Shown piece by piece: positions 10,251-19,205 of a DNA stretch of 64,000 nucleotides (position 1 is its first letter; each line of letters begins with the position of its first letter). The DNA is from Dehalococcoidia bacterium (lineage in GTDB: Bacteria > Chloroflexota > Dehalococcoidia > Plut-88900), in the NCBI GenBank assembly GCA_965197645.1, contig OZ240219.1, positions 352,001 through 416,000 on the forward strand. Direction: 5' to 3'. The notes under the pieces were generated by a model that saw only the letters and a list, made by a program, of their open reading frames with translations, was not told where the DNA came from and searched no databases. The translations under genes were made by a program, and so were the position numbers.

Positions 10251-11206
10251 CGCTTGATCCTCTCGATGAAGAGAGCCAGGAACCGGTTGGAGCTCACCCC
10301 CATGGCAACGCGACAGTTGGGAGGCGTCTTCACCTTGCCGCTGTTACCGAAAGGCACGGTCATACCCTGGGTCAGGCCCTCTTTGGTCTCGACGTAGAGC
10401 CTCATCGGTTCCAACCGCACCAACGACGGATCGATGACCGCTCCGACCGCGAGGGGATCGTGCAGGTAGGCGCCATCCATCCCAGCCTGGTTCCGCTCGA
10501 AGTCCATGTAGAGCCGGGAGCAGTCCACCACGAACTGGGGCACGGTGTTCGGGCCCGTCGCCAGCTCCCTCTCCGCCAGCACTCGTAACAATTTCGCTTT
10601 GTGGGTCACGTCCAGCGGCACCATCGTCACCGGGACGCAGAACCCAAACACCACGTCCTGGGCCTCCGGGTCTACGTAGGTGTTGAACTCGGCAGCCCCG
10701 AGGGGAGGAGCGTTGCCGGGTTCGATGATGGCGCCTCCCATGATGACGATCTCCTTGGCCTGGGACATGGCTATAGGGTGGGCCTGGACCGCCTTGGCGA
10801 CGTTGGTGACGGGGCCCGTAGCGATTATCGTCACCTCCCCCGAGTGCTCCTCGACCAACTCGGCCATCAGTTCCACTCCCGTTTTCTCCGAGACGTGCTT
10901 CCAGTCCAGCGGGGGAAAGTAGTCGTCCCCCAGGTCGCCGAGGCCATCGTTCCCGTGGACGCTGGAGGCGAAAAAAGCCTCCTTCACCAGCGGCCTGTCC
11001 TCCCCTCTGGCAACCATGGGCGGGTTCTCGATCCGGAGCACGGAAAGCACCCGCAGCACGTTCTTGGTGCAGTGGTCCACGTGGGTGTTGCCGCTGACCG
11101 TGGTAATGGCCAGCACATCCAGCTCCGGCGAGTTCATAGCCAGGATTATGGCCAGCGCATCATCAACGCCGCAGTCCACGTCCAGAATTACTTTCTTTCT
11201 CTCCAT
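10247..11206 (-). CDS. Inosine/uridine-preferring nucleoside hydrolase family protein
   Basis: DVDCGVDD Ca-binding motif, VHGNDGLG, AEFN, GAYLHDP; ATG 11206 behind AGGAG. Confidence 0.92.
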   Translation of the reverse strand: MERKKVILDVDCGVDDALAIILAMNSPELDVLAITTVSGNTHVDHCTKNVLRVLSVLRIENPPMVARGEDRPLVKEAFFASSVHGNDGLGDLGDDYFPPLDWKHVSEKTGVELMAELVEEHSGEVTIIATGPVTNVAKAVQAHPIAMSQAKEIVIMGGAIIEPGNAPPLGAAEFNTYVDPEAQDVVFGFCVPVTMVPLDVTHKAKLLRVLAERELATGPNTVPQFVVDCSRLYMDFERNQAGMDGAYLHDPLAVGAVIDPSLVRLEPMRLYVETKEGLTQGMTVPFGNSGKVKTPPNCRVAMGVSSNRFLALFIERIKR

Positions 11207-11214
11207 TTCGACTC

Positions 11215-12171
11215 CTAGCTCTTCATACTGTTCAGAAACAGTCTTACGAATCTCCCCGAGTCGGCCGACATGGCCACTCGGCAGTTGGGTGGGTTGCCGA
11301 CCTTTCCGTGGCTTCGATACCGGACCGTCATGCCCCGGGTTGGCGTGTTGGTGGTGTCTACGTATATCCGGCACGGTTCAGTCTCTATGAAAGAAGGATC
11401 TATGACCGCGCCCACGGTTAGAGGGTCGTGCAGTCAGGCTCCATCGAAACCCTCCTCCTCCTTTCCGATGTCCATGTACATCCTCGAAGACTCTGCTATG
11501 AATCTGGGCACGGCGTTCTCTGCCATTCCCAGCTCCTCCATCTGTTTCCTGGATACGCAGGCCTGATAGGTCGCGTCCACGGCGACCAACGTAACCGGCA
11601 CAGTAAACCCCAGGACTATCTCCAGCGCCTCCGGGTCGACGTAGGTGTTGAAGTCCGCTATCCTCAGCGGCGGCATCACACCCATCTCGTGGATAGCGCC
11701 GGCCATTACAACAATCCCTTTGGCTTTGGACATGGCCACCGGCTCCGATTGAATAGCTCGCGCTATGTTGGTAAGCGGCCCAACCCCTATGATGGTGACC
11801 TCGCCCGGGTGCTGCTCGATCAGTCTTGGCATTAGCTCCGTTGCCGGCTGGGACGATACCAGTCCCCAGTCGAGGGGCGGATAGTAATCGTCTCCCAGGT
11901 CGCCCAGACCGTCAAACCCGTGGACGAAGTCGGCGTAAACCGGCTCTTTGACGAGGGGGCGGTCCTCGCCTCTGGCCACCACGGGAGGAGATTCCATGTC
12001 CAACAACGCCAGTATGCGGAGCACGTTCTTGGTGCAATGGTCCACGTGGACATTACCGGTAACGGTGGTAATCGCCGCCACCTCCAGTTGAGGGGAGCGC
12101 AGGGCGAGAATGATGGCCATCGCATCGTCCACTCCGGCGTCCACGTCCAGAATCACTTTCTTTCTGTCCAT
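11215..12171 (-). CDS. Nucleoside hydrolase paralog with in-frame TGA at codon 246 (11434-11436); candidate selenoprotein, alternatively a nonsense pseudogene
   Basis: ORFs 11434..12171 and 11215..11415 are in frame; read-through gives GFDGA-[TGA]-LHDPLTVGAVIDPS, 318 aa versus 319 aa for the neighbouring paralog. Confidence 0.75.
11398..11436 (-). promoter_or_regulatory. Candidate bacterial SECIS hairpin after the nucleoside hydrolase UGA
   Basis: UGA, then UCUA-ACCGU-[GGGC]-GCGGU-(CA)-UAGA; the G-initiated apical loop starts 20 nt after UGA. Confidence 0.5.
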
Positions 12172-12265
12172 GTGAGCAGTTAGCCCTCGACGTGAGTATC
12201 TGATAAATTACATCCACCCTTGGGCATAGTCAAACCTGAACGATTCAGATATCGGGAAGCAGAAG

Positions 12266-13183
12266 TTGACACGAAGACCGATAGTTGTCGCCGGAAGCAT
12301 TAATATGGACCTGGTCGTCGGCCTGGAGAGGATGCCGAGGCCGGGCGAGACGGTGATGGGGGACGACATCCGGTACATTCCCGGGGGTAAGGGCTCGAAC
12401 CAGGCCATCGCCGCCAGGCGGCTCAGCGAGGCGCCAGTCACGCTGATCGGCAAGCTGGGCCGGGACGCCTTTGGCGACGAACTGCTCGACTACCTCCAGG
12501 CCCAGGACCTGCTGCTGCAGGGGCTCACCCGGTCTGAAAAGCCCAGCGGCACGGCCATCATAACCATAGATGCTACCTCTGAGAACGCCATCGTCGTCGT
12601 ACCGGGAGCGAACTTCGATCTGACTGTCGAGGACATTGACCAGATGGAAAACACGATAGCGAGCGCCGGTGTTGCCGTCTCCCAGCTGGAGCTGTCGTTG
12701 TCCGCTACGGAGCACTTCCTGCAGGTCGCCAAGGAGAAAGGCGCAGCGACGATCCTGAACGCCGCTCCGGCACGGCAGCTTGGCCGGACCATCCTCTCCT
12801 CCGTCGACTACCTGGTGGTCAACGAGACCGAGCTGGCCTTTTTCACCGGAGGAGGAGAGCCGACGGAAGACCGCAATTTGGTGATTGCCGGGGCGAAGAA
12901 GCTCCAGGCGCAAGGCCCACCCAACGTGGTCGTTACCCTCGGCGCCAAGGGCTCGGTCACCGTCGCCGGTGACGAGGTGATCTCCATCGATGGGTTGAGA
13001 GTAAACGCGGTCGACCCCACGGGTGCGGGCGACACCTTCATCGGCGGTCTGGCAGCCAAGCTCAACGCCGGTGCCGACCTCGAGCAGGCCCTGAACTTCG
13101 CCAACCGGGCCGCAGCCCAGGCGGTGCAGCGCCTGGGCGCCAGCTCTTCCATCCCCCACCTTTCCCAGGTAGTCGGGCCATGA
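12266..13183 (+). CDS. rbsK: Ribokinase (PfkB family)
   Basis: GSINMDLV, PGGKGSNQA, VNETE, DPTGAGDTF; divergent from the nucleoside hydrolase genes. Confidence 0.9.
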   Translation: MTRRPIVVAGSINMDLVVGLERMPRPGETVMGDDIRYIPGGKGSNQAIAARRLSEAPVTLIGKLGRDAFGDELLDYLQAQDLLLQGLTRSEKPSGTAIITIDATSENAIVVVPGANFDLTVEDIDQMENTIASAGVAVSQLELSLSATEHFLQVAKEKGAATILNAAPARQLGRTILSSVDYLVVNETELAFFTGGGEPTEDRNLVIAGAKKLQAQGPPNVVVTLGAKGSVTVAGDEVISIDGLRVNAVDPTGAGDTFIGGLAAKLNAGADLEQALNFANRAAAQAVQRLGASSSIPHLSQVVGP

Positions 13184-13205
13184 CACCATCCTTACAATCG
13201 GGATT

Positions 13206-14465
13206 ATGAACCTCGACTCCTCCATGGGTCCTTACCGGGCCTTGGACCTGACCGAAGGCGGATTCAACTGGTGCGGCAAAGTGCTGGCGGACCTGGGTGC
13301 GGACGTCATCAAGATCGAGCCGCCCAGGGGAAGCGACACCCGATACCGCGCTCCCTTCTACAACGATGAACCACACCCCGAGCGGAGCCTCTTCTGGTAC
13401 GCCTACTGTGTCAACAAGCGGGGCATCACCCTCAACCTGGAAACCGGCGACGGCCGAGAGCTGTTCAAACGGCTCGTTGCCGGTGCGGACTTCGTTCTGG
13501 AGTCCTTCCCGCCGGGCTACATGGCCGGCCTGGGCCTCGGCTACGAAGATCTGTCGAGGATCAACCCGCGTCTGGTGGTGACATCCATGACCCCTTACGG
13601 TCAGACCGGGCCCCATTCCCTTCACAAGACAACGGACATGGTGTCCTGGTCCATGGGCGGCATGCAGTACCTGACCGGCGAAGAGGACCGCGCCCCGCTT
13701 CGCATAACCTTTCCCCAGGCGGAGTTTCTGTGTGGCGCCCAGGCCTACGCCGGTTCGATGACTGCCTTCTGGCACCGGCAGAACACCGGCGAGGGCCAGC
13801 ACGTCGACGTCTCCACCCAGGTTGCCGTCATCTGGACCCTCATGAACGCCACCGCTTACCCCAAGCTGCACAAGGTAAATGTCGAGCGGGCCGGGATCTA
13901 CCATGGCGCCGGTCTGGTCGAGATTCGTACCGTCTTTCCTTGCAAGGACGGCTACATCGCCCTGACATTCGGAGGCGGACTGTTTGGGCCGTCGACTTCC
14001 GCCCTCGTCCGGTGGATGGACGAGGAGAGCATGGCGCCCGGTTTCATGGTGGAGCGGGACTGGCCGGCCTGGGACTTCGCCGATATCGCAGGTCAGGGAG
14101 AAAAGGGGGCGGCCGAGGTCCGGGCCATCGAAGGACACATGACCCGGTTCTTTGGCACCAAGACCAAGTCCCAGCTGTACCAACGCGCCTTCAACGATCG
14201 GATCCTCATCGGCCCTTGCAACAACGTCAAGGACATATGGGAGTATGAGCAGCTTCGGGCGCGGGGCTTCTATATCGAGGTGCATCACCCGGAGCTCCAG
14301 GTCTCCCTACCCTATCTGGGGCCCTACGTCAAGCTCGGTGAGTCACCCATTCAGATCCGACGTCCGGCGCCTGGGATAGGGGAACACAACGATGAGATAT
14401 TCGGCGACGAGCTGGGCCTGACCCGTGATGAACTGCTGCAGCTCGAAGGGATAGGAGCGGTCTAG
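13206..14465 (+). CDS. Class III CoA transferase (CaiB/BaiF), probable non-catalytic subunit
   Basis: LADLGADVIKIEPP, NKRGITLNL, TPYGQTGP; the catalytic Asp position reads PQAEF. Confidence 0.88.
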   Translation: MNLDSSMGPYRALDLTEGGFNWCGKVLADLGADVIKIEPPRGSDTRYRAPFYNDEPHPERSLFWYAYCVNKRGITLNLETGDGRELFKRLVAGADFVLESFPPGYMAGLGLGYEDLSRINPRLVVTSMTPYGQTGPHSLHKTTDMVSWSMGGMQYLTGEEDRAPLRITFPQAEFLCGAQAYAGSMTAFWHRQNTGEGQHVDVSTQVAVIWTLMNATAYPKLHKVNVERAGIYHGAGLVEIRTVFPCKDGYIALTFGGGLFGPSTSALVRWMDEESMAPGFMVERDWPAWDFADIAGQGEKGAAEVRAIEGHMTRFFGTKTKSQLYQRAFNDRILIGPCNNVKDIWEYEQLRARGFYIEVHHPELQVSLPYLGPYVKLGESPIQIRRPAPGIGEHNDEIFGDELGLTRDELLQLEGIGAV

Positions 14466-14468
14466 CTT

Positions 14469-15731
14469 TTGCCACAGCGAACAGCGTTTGAAAACATCAG
14501 GGTGCTGGACTTCACCTGGGTCGGTGTGGGGCCCATAACCACCAAGTACCTGGCGGACCACGGCGCAACGGTTCTGCGGGTGGAGTCGGCGTCCCGACCA
14601 GACCTGCTCCGCACCCTGGCACCTTTCAAGGACGGCGTGCCCGGCATCAATCGGAGCCAGTTCGCCGCCAACTTCAACACCAACAAGCTGAACCTGGGCC
14701 TCGATATGTCAAAGTCCCAGGCTAGAGAGCTGATACGGCGCATCATCCGCCTGTGGCAACCCGACATCGTCGCCGAGAGCTTTACCCCCAAGGTAATGCG
14801 CAACTGGGATCTGGACTACGAGCACGTGAAGGAGCTCAAGCCCGACGTAGTCTATTTCAGCGCCTGTCAGCAGGGTCAGACCGGCCCCTACTCCAGCTAC
14901 GCCGGTTATGGAGAGCTGGCTGCCGCCATGGCCGGCTACTACCACATCACCGGGTGGCCCGATCGGGACCTGATCGCTCCGTACGGCGCCTACTCCGACT
15001 TCGTCAACCCGCCCAACGCCTTCGGGGCCATAGTGGCCGCCCTGGAGTACCGACGCCGCACGGGCAAGGGGCAGCATATCGACCTCGCTCAGCTGGAGTG
15101 CGCCGCACATTTCATGGCTCCAGCCCTGATGGACTACGCTTCCAGCGGCAGGATCATGGCAAGGAACGGCAACCGGGACGATACCTTCGTGCCCCACGGC
15201 GTGTACCCCTGCAAGGAGAGCCCTTCAGACGACCCGGAAGTGCCCAGCCAGAGCGGGCACTGGTGTGTCATCGCCGTCTCATCAGACCAGGAATGGCGGG
15301 ACCTTTGTGAAATCATGGGCAACCCGGACTGGTGCCTGGAAGACCGGTTCGCCACCTTCTCGGCTCGGCGACAGCACGAGGACGACCTGGACCGCCTGAT
15401 CGGCCGGTGGACCTCCCGGTTCGAGGCAAAGGAGTTGATGGAGATGTGTCAGAGAGCCGGCGTTCCCTCGGGAGTGGTGCAGAGCCAGACTCAGCTGTGG
15501 GCCGACCCTCAGCTAAAGCATCAGGAGTACTTCCGGTGGCTGGACCACGTCGAGTGCGGTCCCATGCCCTACGACGGCCTCCAGTTCCAGCTTTCCAAAA
15601 CTCCCGGCGAGCATCTCAACGCCCATGCCCTCATCGGTCAGCACAACGAGATGGTGCTCAAGGAGTTCATCGGCCTGACCGACGAGGAGATCGGCCAGCT
15701 GGTGATCGACGAGGTACTGGAGACCTCCTAG
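14469..15731 (+). CDS. Class III CoA transferase (CaiB/BaiF), probable catalytic subunit
   Basis: VLDFTWVGVGP, LADHGATVLRVES, GQTGPY, AYSDF (Asp retained), TGKGQHID. Confidence 0.9.
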   Translation: MPQRTAFENIRVLDFTWVGVGPITTKYLADHGATVLRVESASRPDLLRTLAPFKDGVPGINRSQFAANFNTNKLNLGLDMSKSQARELIRRIIRLWQPDIVAESFTPKVMRNWDLDYEHVKELKPDVVYFSACQQGQTGPYSSYAGYGELAAAMAGYYHITGWPDRDLIAPYGAYSDFVNPPNAFGAIVAALEYRRRTGKGQHIDLAQLECAAHFMAPALMDYASSGRIMARNGNRDDTFVPHGVYPCKESPSDDPEVPSQSGHWCVIAVSSDQEWRDLCEIMGNPDWCLEDRFATFSARRQHEDDLDRLIGRWTSRFEAKELMEMCQRAGVPSGVVQSQTQLWADPQLKHQEYFRWLDHVECGPMPYDGLQFQLSKTPGEHLNAHALIGQHNEMVLKEFIGLTDEEIGQLVIDEVLETS

Positions 15732-16651
15732 CTGAGGACGGGTCTGGGCAGCTGCTCTGCCAGCGTGGCGATGTGCTCCAGACCGGTCCCGCAACACCCA
15801 CCTATGATCTGCACCCCCATCTCCACCCAGGTCTTACAATGCTCCAGGTAGTCCTCCGGCGATACCGGGTTATCGAAGACCCATTCCGGCCGTTTCCACG
15901 TTCCCAAGTTGGGGTAGGCCCCCAGGGAACCATCCCATCTCTCCTTCACGATCTCTAGGCCCGGGGCAGTATTCTCGATCTCGGAGTGCATCACCGTTAC
16001 CGCCGACCCTCCCAGCGACAACAGGGCATCCAGGCACTTGGCGAAGGGGATGTTTTTTTCAATCTCGTCCATTATCAGATCTCCGGACTCGGCGCGCTGG
16101 ATGGTGAACCCTATCCACACCGGCAGGCCGGTGGAGAGAGCGGCCTGGGTGCAGAGGGTGGCCTGCTCTATGTCCGTCATCATCTCCAGCACGAGCAGTT
16201 CGGCTCCCGCTTCGGCCAGGATGTCGGCCTGCTCGTGGTAGAAATCCTTCCCGTCATCAGCAGCCGACAGGGACGGCACTTTAGTGGCCATGGTACCCCC
16301 GTAGGTCGACATCGATCCTGCGACGTACACCGGCCTGTCCCCGGCGACGTTGTCCCGCGCCTCCTGGGCCAGCTTCACCGCCAGTGCGTTCAGCTCCCTG
16401 GTCTCGTCGCCCAGACCCGCGTCCGCCAGGGCGGGACGGGCCGAGGAGAAGGAGTTGGCGGTAACAATGTCGGCGCCGGCCCGGATGTAGTCCTCGTGGA
16501 TCTCCCTCACAGTGTCCGGGTGAGTCTTCAGAGCTTTGCCGGACCACGAGGCGTGATCCATGGGTACGCCTCTCGCCTGGAGCTCAGAGCCGGTGGCCCC
16601 GTCCAGCAGGATGATTTCTCCGTTCCTTAACCTCTCGTCTATACTACCCAT
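15728..16651 (-). CDS. Homocysteine S-methyltransferase family protein
   Basis: LLDGATGSEL, HEDYIRAGADI, GAYPN, IIGGCCG. Confidence 0.9.
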   Translation of the reverse strand: MGSIDERLRNGEIILLDGATGSELQARGVPMDHASWSGKALKTHPDTVREIHEDYIRAGADIVTANSFSSARPALADAGLGDETRELNALAVKLAQEARDNVAGDRPVYVAGSMSTYGGTMATKVPSLSAADDGKDFYHEQADILAEAGAELLVLEMMTDIEQATLCTQAALSTGLPVWIGFTIQRAESGDLIMDEIEKNIPFAKCLDALLSLGGSAVTVMHSEIENTAPGLEIVKERWDGSLGAYPNLGTWKRPEWVFDNPVSPEDYLEHCKTWVEMGVQIIGGCCGTGLEHIATLAEQLPRPVLS

Positions 16652-16729
16652 GTCCGGTCCTCCAGCCCCGAGCAATTAACCTGCTCTCGTTAACGTCAGG
16701 GGCTGTATTGTAAAGTAGTTCACCAGAAC

Positions 16730-18673
16730 ATGTCACACCCCGCGACGAATCGAACATCCAACATCACGAACGACCTGGCTTACCTGGGCCTCGGCGCCGT
16801 CACGGTCGTATTCGGCCTCCAGGTACTGCGCATGTTCATCGTCCTCATGGGGGTCTACCTCCGCCAGATCGAGGATGTTGGCACCGTCACGCTGGGCGTT
16901 GTCGCGCTCCTCGTCTTTGCATCCGGGTTACTCGCTCCCATGGTGCCTCGTGTCCTGGGTCAACGGGATGCGCTCATCCTGACCGCAGGAGGCCTGGGGT
17001 TGGTGCGACTTATCGAGCAACTGGTATCCTCGCCACCTGCAGATGTCGCACTGTCCATCGCCGGCACGGTGCTGTTCCTGTGGTTCATCCCCACCTTTGT
17101 TCAGGACCTTCAAGCTAGCGATTCCAGCGGGCGCAGCCGCCTTGCTTTTCCGATTCTGATCGGTATCTCGTCGGACACTGCCATCAAGGGGATGTTCGGA
17201 ACCATGGACACGTCGTGGGTTGGCGGCGTCGCTCCCCACGTTCTCATAGCGGTCCTGGTGGTGTGCCAGTGGGCTCTTCTGCTGCGATCTGCAATCCGCC
17301 GCCCGGAGGAGCCCGGGTCACACTCCCCGGTTAGTGCAGGCTCTCTACTAGCGTTGGGTCCGGCCATCTCCCTGGAGTTCATGCTGTTCCAGAACATGGC
17401 CCAGCAGACGGCCATCATCGATTGGGCCCAGCCAGCCGTTTTCGCCTGGATAATGGCAGCCAACCTGGCCGGAATCGTAGCTGCCGCCGCCCTACTCCCG
17501 AACTCAACCCGCATCATCCCATATGGTCTCTCAGTACTGGGTCCATTGCTGGTTCTCCTGGTCATCGAGCAGCACTCCGGCCTTCCAGCCGCCCTGGCGC
17601 TGCTGGCGGGGCAGGTCATCCTATCCCTCTTCATCGCCGCCGCCTTGGCCGGCCGTTCCCAGACAGAGGCAACGAGCTTCGGTAGGGCGTCGACGTGGAG
17701 CGGGGCCGGGATGATTCTCTTCGTGCTGTTCATCTTCGCCTACTACGCCTCTTACGACGTCAACCTGTTGGTCCCCGGCAAGGCTGTGCCGCCCATCGCC
17801 GCAGCCCTGGTTGTCCTGCCTGTTCTGATCGTGAATCTGCGACCACACGGTAATGCACTGCCTGCCAGCTTCAAGTGGGTCTTCCTGGTTCCCGCTGTAA
17901 TCCTGCTGTTTCTACCTCTGGCCCGCTTCATGACGTGGGAAGAAGTATCGGCGTCGGAGGGGGACGGATTACCGGTTAGGGTGATGTCCTACAACATCCA
18001 CCAGGGTTTCGATGTCGAAGGCGTGCTGGGCATGGAGGCTCTGGCCCGTGTCATCGAGGCGCAAGACCCCGATATCGTGGCGCTGCAAGAGGTGTCCCGT
18101 GGATGGGTCATCAACGGCTCAACCGATACCCTGGTATGGCTCTCCCAGCGGCTGGAGATGGACTACGTGTGGGGACCTGCCGCCGACTCTACCTGGGGAA
18201 ATGCGGTCCTCTCTCGATTTCCTGTGTTGGACTCTCAGAACATATCCATGCCCAACAACGATGAGATCCGCTTGGACCGAGGGTTTCTAGACGTAGATAT
18301 AAACATTGGCAATGGAGAGGTATTGAGGGTGGTGGCGACCCATCTTCACGCCGGGGACACCGAGGGTGTCTTTCGAGAACCTCAGATTCGGGCCATCACC
18401 GGTTTCTGGAACGGCGCCGACCGGACGGTCCTGCTGGGCGACCTCAATGCCCAGCCCGGCGACCCTGAGATGCTTCACCTGGCCGAAGCCGGAATGTTGG
18501 ACGCTTTTCTCATCTCCGGCACCTCGGGCCCGGGCTTCACCTCCGAGGCTGACGACCCCCGCCAGCGCATCGATTACATCTGGGTCTCACCGGACCTGAA
18601 CGCCGGGGATTTCGTAGTTACCCAGAGCCTGGCCTCCGACCATTTCCCAGTAACAGCTACCCTGTTCCGCTAG
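16730..18673 (+). CDS. Polytopic membrane protein with C-terminal endonuclease/exonuclease/phosphatase (EEP) domain
   Basis: About 400 aa of hydrophobic helices, then MSYNIHQG, DIVALQEV, GNAVLSRFP, GDLN, RIDYIW, SDH. Confidence 0.88.
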   Translation: MSHPATNRTSNITNDLAYLGLGAVTVVFGLQVLRMFIVLMGVYLRQIEDVGTVTLGVVALLVFASGLLAPMVPRVLGQRDALILTAGGLGLVRLIEQLVSSPPADVALSIAGTVLFLWFIPTFVQDLQASDSSGRSRLAFPILIGISSDTAIKGMFGTMDTSWVGGVAPHVLIAVLVVCQWALLLRSAIRRPEEPGSHSPVSAGSLLALGPAISLEFMLFQNMAQQTAIIDWAQPAVFAWIMAANLAGIVAAAALLPNSTRIIPYGLSVLGPLLVLLVIEQHSGLPAALALLAGQVILSLFIAAALAGRSQTEATSFGRASTWSGAGMILFVLFIFAYYASYDVNLLVPGKAVPPIAAALVVLPVLIVNLRPHGNALPASFKWVFLVPAVILLFLPLARFMTWEEVSASEGDGLPVRVMSYNIHQGFDVEGVLGMEALARVIEAQDPDIVALQEVSRGWVINGSTDTLVWLSQRLEMDYVWGPAADSTWGNAVLSRFPVLDSQNISMPNNDEIRLDRGFLDVDINIGNGEVLRVVATHLHAGDTEGVFREPQIRAITGFWNGADRTVLLGDLNAQPGDPEMLHLAEAGMLDAFLISGTSGPGFTSEADDPRQRIDYIWVSPDLNAGDFVVTQSLASDHFPVTATLFR

Positions 18674-18733
18674 GATGAGCCAGCCCTGAGCCGATAGCCG
18701 CTCGTGCTATACTGGAACGCCGAACGTTACCCC

Positions 18734-18809
18734 GCCCCTGTAGCTCAGAGGATAGAGCAACGGTTTCCTAAACCGTGTGTCGGCGGTTCGAGTCCGCCCA
18801 GGGGTACCA
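18734..18809 (+). tRNA. tRNA-Arg (anticodon CCT)
   Basis: Cloverleaf: GCCCCTG/CAGGGGT acceptor, GCTC/GAGC D arm, ACGGT-TTCCTAA-ACCGT anticodon arm, GGCGG-TTCGAGT-CCGCC T arm, encoded CCA. Confidence 0.97.
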
Positions 18810-18844
18810 TGCCGGAGAAGCGCCGGCCCTGGGAATGCTCCAGG

Positions 18845-18950
18845 AGCTAGCCCTGCCTGACTTGGCCTTGATCTCCTTGACGACCGAACGAAGGTCCTGG
18901 TTTCCGTCAACTCGTTGGTCTTGAGGAGGTCGACCATTTCTGCGTCATAG
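18845..18950 (-). pseudogene. Probable C-terminal remnant of a large serine recombinase next to the tRNA 3' end
   Basis: LLKTNELTETRTFVRS / frameshift / VKEIKAKSGRA resembles recombinase C-terminal tails (recalled, not searched); the position at a tRNA 3' end fits. Confidence 0.4.
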
Positions 18951-19205
18951 TCAAAGAACCTCTGGCAACTTCAGCGATCTCCTCAAAGCAGCTCTCCCCC
19001 CGTAAGTTGTCTTACCGCTCCTTGCTTCCGGATACCCCTCCGTTTAAGATACACTTTACCGATCACCGTCTGGCTAAGATCGTTCTTGACCATTAGCCAG
19101 TTAAGGTTTAGGCGCCTCATCAGTGAGGTTTCGCGGCCCTAAGCCGACCAAACGACCGAGCTATAGGCTACAAACACATACAGGTGTATAAGGGAGGGTG
19201 CCACG

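Noticed and set aside
10247-11374. 375-aa version of the nucleoside hydrolase
   Set aside because: The extension overlaps the read-through tail of the upstream paralog; the real start is ATG 11206 with an RBS
18707-18937. 76-aa minus-strand ORF
   Set aside because: Runs antisense through the tRNA; only its first ~20 codons look like a recombinase remnant
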